This document shows, piece by piece, positions 1 through 10,690 of a DNA stretch of 64,000 nt. The first letter of the stretch is position 1, and each line of letters opens with the position of its first letter. The position numbers were made by a program, and so were the translations under genes. The stretch lies in the NCBI GenBank assembly GCA_038817885.1, contig JAWAZE010000005.1, positions 1,097-65,096 of the forward strand. The letters are read 5' to 3'. Below the pieces are notes generated by a model that did no database searches, was not told where the DNA came from, and saw only the letters and a list, made by a program, of their open reading frames with translations. Origin of the DNA: Candidatus Bathyarchaeia archaeon (GTDB lineage: Archaea > Thermoproteota > Bathyarchaeia > Bathyarchaeales > DTEX01).

Positions 1-1
1 C

Positions 2-478
2 CCCGAGGGTAAGATCGTGGAGGATCCGAAGGAAGTTTTGGCCAGGAAATGCTCGCTACTGCCACTGGGTGGGCTCGGTGAGGAGTTTAGTGGGCATAAG
101 GGTGCGGGTTTGGCTCTTGTCGTTGATGTGCTCTGCGGCGTATTAACCGGGGCCAATTATGGGATGTTTATTAAGCATACAACTGATAAGGAGAGGGCGA
201 ATGTTGGGCACTTTATGATGGTGCTGGATGTGGACAAAATATCGTTGCTAGACTTCTTCTTGGAGAGGATTGAGAGATATAAGGAGTATATAAAAGGCTT
301 AAGGAGGATTTCTGAGGACGCTGATATATGGATACCCGGTGAGAAGGCTTGGCTAACAATGGAGACGAGGAAGAGGATAGGGATACCAGTCCATAAGAAC
401 ATCCTTAGGGAGATAAGGGAGGAAGGAGAGAAGCTTGGGGTAGAATTTAAGGTTAAGGTGCTCAAGGAGACCGCGTAA
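2..478 (+). CDS. Ldh2-family (malate/L-lactate/L-sulfolactate) dehydrogenase, C-terminal part; 5' end lies outside the window
   Basis: The frame is open from base 2. The motif GHKGAGLALVVDVLCGVLTGA is typical of the Ldh_2 family. Confidence 0.6.
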   Translation, partial: PEGKIVEDPKEVLARKCSLLPLGGLGEEFSGHKGAGLALVVDVLCGVLTGANYGMFIKHTTDKERANVGHFMMVLDVDKISLLDFFLERIERYKEYIKGLRRISEDADIWIPGEKAWLTMETRKRIGIPVHKNILREIREEGEKLGVEFKVKVLKETA

Positions 479-508
479 ACAAGCCTCAAAATACAGTGAT
501 ACATTATA

Positions 509-2593
509 TTGGAGTGTTTTTCCATGGATCTCGAAGAGCTCGCTAACGAGATGATTAAGGCGCAAAGGGACACTGCACTCCAGATTGGCCTCAGAAGATC
601 CATAGATAATTTTTTCCGTTCCATAAACACCATCCTAAGAAATTATTCTATGCTGACGGAGATAGCCGAGTACATAAAATCTGTCAGAGAGAAAGTTTTG
701 GAGAACCTTGAGTATTATGTTGAGAAGGCAATTAAAAACATAAACGCCACTGGCGCACATGCATATTTCGCTGAGAGCAGTGATTCTGCACTAGAAATTA
801 TTGACGGAATTATTGGAGATGGAAGAAAAGTGATCGTTAAGGCTAAGTCAATGGTGACAGAGGAGATAATGCTACGCGAGCACCTCATCGAGAGGGGGCA
901 CGAGGTCTATGAGACGGACATAGGCGAATTCCTCATACAAATATCTAAGGGGAAGCCGATGCACGTTATAGTCCCAGCACTCCACCTAAGCAGAGAATAT
1001 ATAGCTAGCCTAATTGGACCACACCTAGGGTTAAATGTCAATAAAGATGCAACCCATGAGGAACTCGTCTCCAAAATCAGAGACTTTATGAGGGAGAAAT
1101 TTATTAAAGCGGATGTTGGAATAAGCGGCGCAAACGTTATAGCCGCGGACACCGGATCCATCTTTCTCATTCACAATGAGGGAAACATAAATAACATAAT
1201 TACATTACCGCCCACCTACATAGTGGTCGCAGGCGTCGAGAAGATTATGCCGACCTTCAAGGACGCAATGTTACAAGTGATGGTTCAAGCCAGCTATGCT
1301 GGACTTTATCCGCCAACATACGTGAATGTTATCTCAGGCATGAGTAGCACGGCGGATATAGAGTATCATAGAGTCTACGGCGTGCATGGCGCTAAAGAAG
1401 TCCATGTAATACTTTATGACGGTGGGAGAATCAAAGCATCTAAAGACCCGATTTTAATGGAGCAACTGCGCTGCATTAAGTGTGGGCGGTGTCAAATCTC
1501 CTGCCCAATTTGGAGCGTCTGCGGCAACATATGGGGTGGAAAGGTTTATGGCGGGCCGATGGGCATAGGATGGACGGCGATAACCGAGAAAACCGAGACC
1601 TCCGAGGCAATTTCCTGGTTCTGCTTACTCTGTAATGCTTGTAAGGAGTTATGCCCAGTTAAAGTAGATAGCGCAGGGATCTCCAGAAGATTAAGGTCTA
1701 AAAGTATCGAGAGAGGTGTGGTGCCCCCCAAAACCAAGGATATTTTAGAGAACATTTACAAGTACGGGAATCCATTCGGCCTACCCCGCGCAAAGAGGTC
1801 TGAGTGGGCTGGAAACACTGTTCCGCGGTTTAGGAGCGGCGTTGATATCCTCTATTATGTGGGCGACATGGGTTCATTCCATCCGAGGGCTCAGAGGGCG
1901 GCTAATAGCTTAGCTGAGATCCTGCTTTTAGCTGGCGTTTCGTATGGAATTTTAGGTGAGAATGAGATCTGCTCTGGGAGTGAGGCGTATGAGATCGGTG
2001 AGACCGGCCTCTTTGAGGAGATGACTAAACGCAATATAGAGATTTTTGAAGCACTCAGAGTGAAGAAAATTATTACCTTATCTCCCCACTCCTATAACGT
2101 TATGAGGAACTTTTATGGCGATTTTGGTGGAAAGCTCGATGTAAAGCACTATACCCAATTTCTTTGGCACCTTATCGAGGATGGAAAAATAAGATTTAAT
2201 GATGGGGTACATCTTAATAAGACCGTAGCGTATCATGACCCATGCTTCCTAGGCAGATGGAACAATGAGTATGAGGCCCCAAGAAATATTCTAAGATCTA
2301 TTCCAGGCGTCCGCCTCATCGAGTTGGAGCGGAGTAGAGAAAATTCCCTTTGCTGCGGAGGTGGGAGTGGAAACTGTTATGTCGGCTTTGGGTGCGGCCT
2401 CCTCTCCGAAAGCGAATATAATCCTGATAGGGTGAGGGTTAAGGAAGCCTATAATGCTGGCGCAGAGATACTGGCCGTATCCTGCCCATCCTGCCTTATT
2501 ATGCTGGAGGAAGCTGCTAAGGCAGAGGGCTTAGACGGCAATCTCTCTATAATGGATGTCTCTGAGATAGTTAAATTAGCCCTCAGCAGATGA
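509..2593 (+). CDS. Fe-S oxidoreductase, an apparent LutB-like (LUD domain plus 2x4Fe-4S) / LutA-like (CCG-domain) fusion
   Basis: 694 aa. Two ferredoxin motifs are present (CIKCGRCQISCP, CLLCNACKELCP). The C-terminal part has cysteine-rich CCG-type motifs (YHDPCFLGR, CCGGGSG, SCPSC). The start could instead be the ATG at 524. Confidence 0.7.
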   Translation: MECFSMDLEELANEMIKAQRDTALQIGLRRSIDNFFRSINTILRNYSMLTEIAEYIKSVREKVLENLEYYVEKAIKNINATGAHAYFAESSDSALEIIDGIIGDGRKVIVKAKSMVTEEIMLREHLIERGHEVYETDIGEFLIQISKGKPMHVIVPALHLSREYIASLIGPHLGLNVNKDATHEELVSKIRDFMREKFIKADVGISGANVIAADTGSIFLIHNEGNINNIITLPPTYIVVAGVEKIMPTFKDAMLQVMVQASYAGLYPPTYVNVISGMSSTADIEYHRVYGVHGAKEVHVILYDGGRIKASKDPILMEQLRCIKCGRCQISCPIWSVCGNIWGGKVYGGPMGIGWTAITEKTETSEAISWFCLLCNACKELCPVKVDSAGISRRLRSKSIERGVVPPKTKDILENIYKYGNPFGLPRAKRSEWAGNTVPRFRSGVDILYYVGDMGSFHPRAQRAANSLAEILLLAGVSYGILGENEICSGSEAYEIGETGLFEEMTKRNIEIFEALRVKKIITLSPHSYNVMRNFYGDFGGKLDVKHYTQFLWHLIEDGKIRFNDGVHLNKTVAYHDPCFLGRWNNEYEAPRNILRSIPGVRLIELERSRENSLCCGGGSGNCYVGFGCGLLSESEYNPDRVRVKEAYNAGAEILAVSCPSCLIMLEEAAKAEGLDGNLSIMDVSEIVKLALSR

Positions 2594-2834
2594 AAAGACA
2601 ACTTTAACGGTTCTTCGCTAAAAAGTTATAGTTAAATACTTCGCCACCCTCTCTTATTTTAGATGAGGAAGCCGTCCCAGACTGACCGCATGGAATGAGG
2701 ACTCCACGACGGTCTGATACAATCTTCTCTTCTACAATTTATATTTCTATGCGAGGAGAAACTTTAAGTAGTAGTTTCACCATCTTCAAAAGGCAGAATA
2801 AATGTCTAAAGTTTAGGGGAAGGGTGTGTAGAGG

Positions 2835-3146
2835 ATGGAGTATATTTATGCCGCGATGCTGCTCCATAGGGCTGGCAAACCCATAGATGAAGAAAACCTA
2901 ACAAGAGTTCTAAATGCGGCTGGAGTTAATGTCGATCCAATAAGGGTTAAGGCCCTTGTGGCAGCCCTCTCAGAGATAAATATTGATGAAGCCATAAAGT
3001 CTGCACCAACATTCATGCCAATGATGGCTCCAGCAGCCGCCCAACACACAGCCGTAGAGGAGAAGGCGAAGAAAGAAGAAGAGAAGAAAGAGGAGGAGAA
3101 GAAAGAGGAGGAGGCTCTAGAGGGTCTAGCAGCCCTCTTTGGATAA
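2835..3146 (+). CDS. rpl12: 50S ribosomal stalk protein P1 (L12e)
   Basis: [12 protein letters not shown]-terminus, an Ala/Pro hinge, an EEKKEEE acidic tail and a terminal GLAALFG. Confidence 0.9.
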   Translation: MEYIYAAMLLHRAGKPIDEENLTRVLNAAGVNVDPIRVKALVAALSEINIDEAIKSAPTFMPMMAPAAAQHTAVEEKAKKEEEKKEEEKKEEEALEGLAALFG

Positions 3147-3293
3147 ATCTGATGGCGCGGCCGCGATAACCTCTAAAATTCTTAGCACACCTAATTAATG
3201 GAGACTTTTTCACGCAGGTTAAAACGATATGGCAATAACCTTAAAATTATTATAAAAACCTTTAATATTCTGTGAATTGTCTGAGGGAATTCT

Positions 3294-6080
3294 ATGCATT
3301 TTGGCGAGGACGAATATAGATTGCCCTTCTTTCTAGAGAATGGTTATGTTAGGAAGAAGTGTCCACGCTGCGGCGAAATCTTTTGGACGCTGAATCCGGA
3401 TCAGGTGCTATGTGGGGAATCGAACGTTTATGGCTGCGCCGAATACACTTTCATAGGAAATTCTCCAGTAAATAAGCCATACACTCTAGCTGAGATGAGG
3501 GAGGCCTTTCTATCATTCTTTGAGAAGAGAGGTCATATGCGCATTAAACCATATCCAGTCGTTGCAAGGTGGAGGGACGACCTTTACTTCACCAATGCAA
3601 GCATAATAGACTTCCAACCCTACGTTACGGAGGGAATTATTCCGCCGCCGGCAAACCCGCTCGTCATAAGCCAGCCATGCATTAGATTTCAAGACTTAGA
3701 GAACGTCGGCCCAACATTTGGTAGGCACTTAACTATATTTGAGATGGGCGGACACCACGCCTTCAATTACCCAGATAAGGAGGTCTACTGGAAGGACGAG
3801 ACGGTTAGGTATCACCACGAGCTCTTGACTAAAGAGCTTGGCGTCAAACCCGAGCTAATAATCTATAAGGAGGGGATATGGTCCGGCGGCGGGAATGCCG
3901 GCCCAGACGTTGAGAGCATAGTCTGCGGCTTAGAGGTTGCGACCCTCGTCTTCATGAAGTATAAGGTTGTGGGCGAAGAATTTATTGAGCTGCCCATAAG
4001 GACCGTCGATACTGGTTATGGAATTGAGCGCTTCACATGGTTATCTCAGGGAACCCCCAGCTGCTTCCATGCGGTATACGGCGAGCTGCTGAATAAAATA
4101 ATTGGTATGGCTGGTATAGGTGGGGTAGATTATAAACTTATATCAGGCTTCGCTAAAGTATCTGGCTTAATAAGTATATCAAAAACCGTCAGTAGAGTTG
4201 AGAATTGGAGGCGAATAGCTCATAAATTGGGCGTAGATTTTAGTGAGCTACAGAGGATAATAAGTCCTCTAGTTGATGTCTTTGCCGTTGTGGATCATAC
4301 AAAGTGTTTAGCATTCACATTAGCTGAAGGGGTCGTTCCATCAAACGTTGAGGAGGGTTATCTGGCAAGACTACTCATTAGGAGAACATATAGGCTCTTA
4401 AGAAACCTTGGAATTGAAAAAATGATGCCTGAAATAGTTGATATGCAGATATCCTATTGGTCTAGAGACTTCCTGCACCTAAAGGATATGCGCAGTGAAG
4501 TTTTAGAGTTGCTTAAGATCGAGATCGAGAAGTATAAAAACACTTTAGAGAGAGGAAGGGAGATAGTTAAGCGCCTAGTTCGGGAAATTAAGGCGAAAGG
4601 TGAATATGGGATCCCGATTAATAGGCTTGTTGAGCTCTACGACTCACACGGCTTAACGCCGGAAGTGGTGTCAGAAATAGCTTCCTCGGAGGGACTGCAA
4701 ATTAATGTGCCTGAGGGCTTCTATAGTTATGTTGCAGAGAGGCACATCTCATCGGCTAGACCAGCATTTAAGATGGCTGAAGAAATAAAGGACTTAGACA
4801 TAGATGTTTCCGGTCTACCAGAGACTAAGCCACTATATTATGAGGACGCATATATAAAAGAGTTTAAAGCCAACGTTCTCAATGTTCATAAAAATATGAT
4901 CATATTAGATAAGACCGCCTTCTATCCAGAGGGGGGAGGTCAGCCTTCCGATCAGGGATACTTGGAATTTAACGGCGTTAGGGCCAGGGTTTATGATGTT
5001 AAAAAGACCCGTGGGAACATAATAGTTCACTTTGTTGAGGGTTCGGTTCCAAGCAAGGGCTGCGAGGTTAAGGGGGTTTTAGATTGGGAGAGGCGGATCA
5101 GCTTAATGCGACATCACACCGCAACCCACCTACTTATGGGCGCAGCTAGGAGGGTTCTTGGGGAGCATGTGTGGCAGGCGGGCGCGCAGAAGGAGGTTCA
5201 TCAGTCAAGATTAGATATAACCCACCCAAAGAGACTAACAAGAGAGGAGATTAACCGCATAGAGGAGCTAGCTAATGAGGCGGTCATGAGGAGCATGCCC
5301 GTAGAGATCTTTTGGATGCCTAGGGATGAGGCGGAACGCATCTACGGCTTTAGACTATATCAGGGGGGCGTTGTTCCGGGCAGGGAAATTAGGGTTGTTA
5401 AGACAAGTGGCTGGGAAGTTGAGGCTTGCGGGGGGACCCACTGTAAGTCGACGGGCGAGGTGGGCGTGATCAAAATATTGCGGACTGAGAGGATTCAGGA
5501 TGGTGTCGAGAGGATAGTTTTTAGCGCTGGGATACAAGCGATAAGGAGAATCCAGGAGATTGAGACTAAAGTTATTCGTATATCAGACCTAATTAATGCT
5601 CAGGTCGATAAGGTTGACGATGCCTTAGAAAAGTTTCTTAGCGAGTGGAGGGATCTACGCCGTGAAAGAGATCGCCTCATCGAGAGAATTGCTAAAATTA
5701 TGGCTGAAAAATATCTCTCAGAGGCGAGGGAGGTAGGCGGCCTAAAGATAATATCCCAATTAGTTAGCGGCAAGGAAGCTGATGTAGACATGCTTATCAA
5801 AGTCTCAAATGAGATCGTTAAAAATAACCCGGGCGCAATTATTATCCTCGTTCGTCTCGATGCGGAAGCTAGAGCTGTCGTGAAGGTGGGAGATAAGGCT
5901 CTTAAAGCTGGGATACGAGCTTCCGAGATAGCTGAGAGGATAGGATTGATCCTTGGGGGTGGTGGGAGCGGTAAGGCGGATTTCGCCCAGGCGGGGGGAC
6001 TCATGACCGGGAATGCACTTAAAGCTTTAGAGGAAGCTGAGGCAATGATATACAAGATTATTGCTGAGCGTGATGGGTAG
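3294..6080 (+). CDS. alaS: Alanyl-tRNA synthetase (archaeal type)
   Basis: 928 aa with an N-terminal Zn-ribbon-like CPRCG, class II core motifs, the editing-domain motif HHTATHLL...CGGTH, and a C-terminal DHHA1-like GGGGSG. Confidence 0.95.
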   Translation: MHFGEDEYRLPFFLENGYVRKKCPRCGEIFWTLNPDQVLCGESNVYGCAEYTFIGNSPVNKPYTLAEMREAFLSFFEKRGHMRIKPYPVVARWRDDLYFTNASIIDFQPYVTEGIIPPPANPLVISQPCIRFQDLENVGPTFGRHLTIFEMGGHHAFNYPDKEVYWKDETVRYHHELLTKELGVKPELIIYKEGIWSGGGNAGPDVESIVCGLEVATLVFMKYKVVGEEFIELPIRTVDTGYGIERFTWLSQGTPSCFHAVYGELLNKIIGMAGIGGVDYKLISGFAKVSGLISISKTVSRVENWRRIAHKLGVDFSELQRIISPLVDVFAVVDHTKCLAFTLAEGVVPSNVEEGYLARLLIRRTYRLLRNLGIEKMMPEIVDMQISYWSRDFLHLKDMRSEVLELLKIEIEKYKNTLERGREIVKRLVREIKAKGEYGIPINRLVELYDSHGLTPEVVSEIASSEGLQINVPEGFYSYVAERHISSARPAFKMAEEIKDLDIDVSGLPETKPLYYEDAYIKEFKANVLNVHKNMIILDKTAFYPEGGGQPSDQGYLEFNGVRARVYDVKKTRGNIIVHFVEGSVPSKGCEVKGVLDWERRISLMRHHTATHLLMGAARRVLGEHVWQAGAQKEVHQSRLDITHPKRLTREEINRIEELANEAVMRSMPVEIFWMPRDEAERIYGFRLYQGGVVPGREIRVVKTSGWEVEACGGTHCKSTGEVGVIKILRTERIQDGVERIVFSAGIQAIRRIQEIETKVIRISDLINAQVDKVDDALEKFLSEWRDLRRERDRLIERIAKIMAEKYLSEAREVGGLKIISQLVSGKEADVDMLIKVSNEIVKNNPGAIIILVRLDAEARAVVKVGDKALKAGIRASEIAERIGLILGGGGSGKADFAQAGGLMTGNALKALEEAEAMIYKIIAERDG

Positions 6081-8971
6081 TGTCACAGATATCTTGGGAA
6101 GTTATTGAGGAGAAGTGGCGTAGAAAGTGGGAGGAAGCGCATTTATTTGAGGCAGACCCAGATATAAATCGTAAAAAATGCTTTGTAACGTTTCCATACC
6201 CCTACATGAATGGCCCACTGCACCTGGGTCATGGCTTCACCGCAACTAGGGTTGATGTATACGCCAGGTTTATGAGGATGAGGGGCTACAACACGCTTTT
6301 CCCATGGGCTTGGCACTGGACCGGTGAACCAATAGTTGGCGCCTCCCTGAGGATTAAGAGTGGAGATAAAGACCTGATAAGGGCTCTTAGGGAGATAGAT
6401 GGCGTTCCAGAGGAGGATCTTGAGAGGTTTGTTGATCCCATCTACATGGCGAACTATTATACGCGGGAGAGCAGAGAGATTGTTAAAAGGATTGGCTTTT
6501 CAGTCGACTGGCGCAGAGAATTTCATACGACAAGCCATGAGCCGACCTACAGTAAATTTATTGAGTGGCAATACCTGACTTTAAGGGAATTGGGATACGT
6601 TGTTAGGGGGACACATCCAGTTGTCTGGTGCCCATCATGCCAGAGCCCTACCGGGGATCATGATAGACTTGTGGGCGAGGGAGCCTTCCCAGAAGAATAC
6701 GTTTTAATAAAATTCATTTTTGGAGATACGTATCTCCCGGCGGCGACATTTAGACCTGAAACAATTTTCGGCGTGACAAACATATTTATAAACCCTGATG
6801 CAGACTATGTTGAGGCGCTAGTTGACGGCGAGAAATGGATTATAAGCAGAAGCGCAGCAGTCAAGCTCTCGGAGCAGCTGAGAAAAATTGAGATTTTAAG
6901 GGAGTTTAAGGGTAAGGAGATTATAGGCAAATACTTTAAGGAGCCAATAAATGGTAGGGTTCTCCCAATACTCCCTGGGTGGTTCGTCGATCCAGACTCC
7001 GCAACCGGCGTCGTTTATAGCGTCCCAGCACATGCTCCAGCGGACTGGGTCGCTTTAAAGGATCTATTAAATAAGCCGGAGACCTTAAGGGAATATGGAA
7101 TACCGCTTGAAGTTATCAAGAACATTAAGCCGATCTCATTGATCAGCATAGAAGGCTTTGGGGGTTATCCGGCTATAGAAATCGTTGAGCAGATGAACAT
7201 AAAAGATCAATTTGACCCGAGACTTGAGGAGGCAACATCAATAATTTATCGAAAAGAGTTTCATACGGGGGTCCTAAAGCCAATATGCGGTAAATATGCT
7301 GGCATGACTGTTAAGGACGTGAAAGCCCAGATAATAGAGGACTTTAAGAAGATGGGTATAGCCTCCTCAATGTACGATTTACCCCAAAAGGTTATATGCC
7401 GATGTGCAACAAAGTGTCTAGTAAAAATTTTATCGGATCAATGGTTCCTAAAATACTCTGATCAAAAATGGAAGCGTTTGGCCCACGAAGCAATAGACTC
7501 TGCCAAAATATTCCCTGAGAGCGCTAGATCATACTTTCATGAGAAGATTGATTGGCTTAGGGATTGGGCATGTGCCAGGAGGACCGGTTTAGGGACGCCT
7601 CTGCCCTGGGATCCGGAGTGGATAATCGAGACTCTAAGCGACTCAACAATATACATGGCATTCTATACAATAGTTAAGCATATTAGACAGCACAATATTC
7701 GCGCCGAGCAATTAACTAAAGATGTCTTTGATTACATCTTTCTTGGCAAAGGCAGCCCGGAAGATATCTCTAGGAAGACTGGGATAGAAGCGCGGGTTAT
7801 CATAGAGATGAGGAACGAGTTCCTCTACTGGTATCCCGTTGACCTGAGGGTATCGGCTAAGGAGCTCGTTCCAAATCACCTCTCATTCTTCATATTCCAG
7901 CATGTCGCGTTATTCCCATGGGAACTGTGGCCGAGGATGATAGGGGTTAATGGGATGCTAATGATTGAGGGGCAGAAGATGTCTAAGTCTAAGGGGAACT
8001 TTCTAACTCTTAAGGAGGCAATAAACCGCTATGGGGCGGATGTCACCAGGATGACGCTTATCCTCGGCGCCGAGGACATGGATGACCCGGACTGGAGGGA
8101 TGAGAACGCTAGGGGCATGGATACTAAGTTGAGGTCACTTTACACATTAATAAAGCAAATTGCTAGTCTCTCGGGCGGTGAAGAAATTAAGAGTATTGAT
8201 AGATGGCTACTATCGGTCTTGCAGAATAGGGTACGCGCAGTAACCGAGGCTATAGAGAATTTAAAGACGAGGACCGCTGCCGAAATAGCTCTCTATGAGG
8301 TCTGGAATGATGTACGCTGGTACATAAGGCGGAGGGGGAATCTGAATCCAAGTATACTTAGAGAGGTCGCCAACGTATGGATTAGGCTCTTAGCGCCGTT
8401 TACACCGTTTCTCTGCGAGGAATTATGGAGCATACTTGGAAATGAGGGCTTCGTCTCAGTGGCCAAATGGCCAGAATATGATGGAACTAAAATCGATATT
8501 AGGTCTGAGGAGGTTGAGGTTCTGATAAAGAGCCTTCTCGACGATACACAAAATATTATCAGGGTAACCCGTTCGTCGCCGAAGAGGATATATTATTATG
8601 TTGCGGCCCCATGGAAGTGGAAAGTCTACATGAGGCTGCTCGAGGAGTCTTTTTCAAAGAGACTTGATATGAGGGAGGTGATGAAGACGCTTGTGGCGGA
8701 CATAGAGTTAAAGAGTATGGCAAAAGTCCTAGCACCGCTTGTGAGCCGTCTAATAGAGGAGATTAACGCTCTCCCCATTGAGAGAAAACAAAATCTTTTG
8801 AAGGTCGGCATAATAGATGAGTTCTATGAAATAAATGAGGCAAGAGACTTCCTTGAGAAAGAGTTTAATGCCAGTGTGACGGTTTACAAGGAGGACGACC
8901 CAAATAAATATGACCCGAGGGGTAAGGCCCAGCAGGCGAGACCGTTGAAGCCAGCAATATACATTGAGTAG
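6080..8971 (+). CDS. leuS: Leucyl-tRNA synthetase (archaeal type)
   Basis: 963 aa with HIGH-type HLGH and KMSKS motifs. The GTG start overlaps the alaS stop by 1 nt. Confidence 0.95.
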   Translation: MSQISWEVIEEKWRRKWEEAHLFEADPDINRKKCFVTFPYPYMNGPLHLGHGFTATRVDVYARFMRMRGYNTLFPWAWHWTGEPIVGASLRIKSGDKDLIRALREIDGVPEEDLERFVDPIYMANYYTRESREIVKRIGFSVDWRREFHTTSHEPTYSKFIEWQYLTLRELGYVVRGTHPVVWCPSCQSPTGDHDRLVGEGAFPEEYVLIKFIFGDTYLPAATFRPETIFGVTNIFINPDADYVEALVDGEKWIISRSAAVKLSEQLRKIEILREFKGKEIIGKYFKEPINGRVLPILPGWFVDPDSATGVVYSVPAHAPADWVALKDLLNKPETLREYGIPLEVIKNIKPISLISIEGFGGYPAIEIVEQMNIKDQFDPRLEEATSIIYRKEFHTGVLKPICGKYAGMTVKDVKAQIIEDFKKMGIASSMYDLPQKVICRCATKCLVKILSDQWFLKYSDQKWKRLAHEAIDSAKIFPESARSYFHEKIDWLRDWACARRTGLGTPLPWDPEWIIETLSDSTIYMAFYTIVKHIRQHNIRAEQLTKDVFDYIFLGKGSPEDISRKTGIEARVIIEMRNEFLYWYPVDLRVSAKELVPNHLSFFIFQHVALFPWELWPRMIGVNGMLMIEGQKMSKSKGNFLTLKEAINRYGADVTRMTLILGAEDMDDPDWRDENARGMDTKLRSLYTLIKQIASLSGGEEIKSIDRWLLSVLQNRVRAVTEAIENLKTRTAAEIALYEVWNDVRWYIRRRGNLNPSILREVANVWIRLLAPFTPFLCEELWSILGNEGFVSVAKWPEYDGTKIDIRSEEVEVLIKSLLDDTQNIIRVTRSSPKRIYYYVAAPWKWKVYMRLLEESFSKRLDMREVMKTLVADIELKSMAKVLAPLVSRLIEEINALPIERKQNLLKVGIIDEFYEINEARDFLEKEFNASVTVYKEDDPNKYDPRGKAQQARPLKPAIYIE

Positions 8972-8989
8972 CCATCATCCATAATTGGG

Positions 8990-10519
8990 TTATTTGGTCT
9001 TTTCCCTCTTCATAATTAGGTATGCTGAGCAGAGCCACGAAATTGCTGGTAAGAGGATTCCAAGGGAATTTAATGAGAGATTTGCAATTAAAATGTTTAT
9101 AAAAGATAGTATGAGGATAGCTGAGGCAAATATTCTCAGGGCGGCCTCTCGAACCCTTCTACTTCCGTCTAAAAAGATACTCTTTTTTAGACTTCTCTCA
9201 GTTGGCACCCACTCTCCCCTTTTGCCTGTTAAGATCTCAGCTATTGGCGATAAACAACTTAGCACATTATCATACCAGAAAAACGTGAGGCCAAAGATAA
9301 CTCCCAAGTCCATCCTTTTAATTTCCCCTAAAAAATCCCTATATTTAGTGAATAGAAATAAAGCGAGGGGAGATGCTAATAGGATGATCAAAAATGATGG
9401 GATGGGTGAAATCATTAGAGCAATGCATGGAAGAGATGTTAGGATTAGGGCCGAGCACATGAAGCCAGCCATTGAAAGCCAGAACCCATCAATTACTGCT
9501 TTTGGAAGAATTGTGTATGTGAGGAGAGTTAGTGCTAAGCATATTAATCCCAGCGGATATACCAGCGAATAAGCCAGCTGCATAAGCGCCTCAATCTTCT
9601 TAGATAGACTTAGACCACTATGCCTAATGATGGACCACCCATGCTTGATCAAGTTTTGCAGAGGACCTTTAAGATGTCTCTTAAACCTAATTACAGCCGA
9701 GTAATAGCTTGGCGGAACCTCCTCAAAACTTATAGAGTCCTCGCTATAAAGTGCCTCCCACCCTCTAAGCTGAAGCCTATATGCGATGTCTAGATCCTCG
9801 GCGATGGTGTCATCCATCCACCCTCCAACATCCTCTAAAGCCTTTTTTCTAAACATCCCACCATGACCCATAAAACCTATAATCATACCGCATTTAGAGA
9901 GAGACGATTGAAGAGAGTGGGTGAACCAATCATTTATGAAGGCGAGGGTTCTTGTCAGCCAAGATTCTTTCTCATTCAAATATCTCAGACTACCCTGCAC
10001 GAAACCCAATTTTTCATTCGCAAGGAATAATGGTATCGTCTTTTTTAGAAAGTCTGGGGGCAAAACAGAGTCCGCGTCAAGCACCAAAATGAATTCTCCT
10101 CTAGAATTCTTGAGGGCTTCATTTAGAGCTCCGGCCTTATAGCCATCTCTGATATCTCTATGTATGACCTTTATCCTCGGGTAATATCTCCTCTCGTTTT
10201 CCCTAAGTATATTGATGGTTTCATCATTTGAATCGTCGACCACTATTATCTCAAACTTATCAGGTGGATAATTGACCCTTAAACAGCTCTCAAGTAGCCT
10301 TGTAACGATACGCCCCTCATTGTATGTAGGCACTTGAATTGTTACAAAAGGCCATTCCTCGAGGTTAATCATTTTTTTGGGAAGGGTGATGCTGCGACAT
10401 CCCCTCATAATACGTAGGCATGTAAGTATATGATTATTTAGACCAAAGATGCATAGAAGTGAGACTACAAAGGTCAAGGTTGCGGAAGCTGCTAATTGAA
10501 GTGGCATGAGACCTAACAT
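8990..10519 (-). CDS. Membrane glycosyltransferase family 2
   Basis: VTIQVPTYNEG, IIVVDDSND and LDADS motifs with multiple C-terminal TM helices. The ATG at 10519 is preferred over the upstream GTG at 10588. Confidence 0.8.
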   Translation of the reverse strand: MLGLMPLQLAASATLTFVVSLLCIFGLNNHILTCLRIMRGCRSITLPKKMINLEEWPFVTIQVPTYNEGRIVTRLLESCLRVNYPPDKFEIIVVDDSNDETINILRENERRYYPRIKVIHRDIRDGYKAGALNEALKNSRGEFILVLDADSVLPPDFLKKTIPLFLANEKLGFVQGSLRYLNEKESWLTRTLAFINDWFTHSLQSSLSKCGMIIGFMGHGGMFRKKALEDVGGWMDDTIAEDLDIAYRLQLRGWEALYSEDSISFEEVPPSYYSAVIRFKRHLKGPLQNLIKHGWSIIRHSGLSLSKKIEALMQLAYSLVYPLGLICLALTLLTYTILPKAVIDGFWLSMAGFMCSALILTSLPCIALMISPIPSFLIILLASPLALFLFTKYRDFLGEIKRMDLGVIFGLTFFWYDNVLSCLSPIAEILTGKRGEWVPTERSLKKSIFLDGSRRVREAALRIFASAILILSFINILIANLSLNSLGILLPAISWLCSAYLIMKREKTK

Positions 10520-10690
10520 ATTTTTTCGCCACTTCAACCTTTTAGAGAAGCCCCTAATGATCAGGGTACCTGCTTGCGGCGGACGCACCTTCTCTAAGAA
10601 ATCTGATTAAGTCCTCCTCGCCGATAATCGCTCCCGTAGGCACCACTATTATAATTTAGTCCTTTAAATTGCTTTTTAGGTTTTTCGTCT

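Noticed and set aside
157-633. Long antisense or overlapping ORFs throughout the track. Examples: 157-633(-), 8985-9572(+), 31194-31544(+), 37162-37599(+), 43826-44245(+), 46106-46750(+), 50220-50714(+), 60420-60812(+), 63063-63416(+).
   Set aside because: Each lies entirely within, and opposite or out of frame to, a longer ORF with clear family motifs. Their translations are low-complexity (Ser/Leu/Pro/Arg-rich) shadow-frame products.
3058-3112. Purine-rich aag/gag microsatellite-like tract.
   Set aside because: It encodes the normal Glu/Lys-rich acidic tail of ribosomal stalk protein P1.
6078-6082. 1-nt alaS stop / leuS GTG start overlap, and the presence of four aaRS genes in 64 kb.
   Set aside because: This is probably simple operon compaction. 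The leuS start could also be a nearby downstream codon. It is not evidence of a special system.
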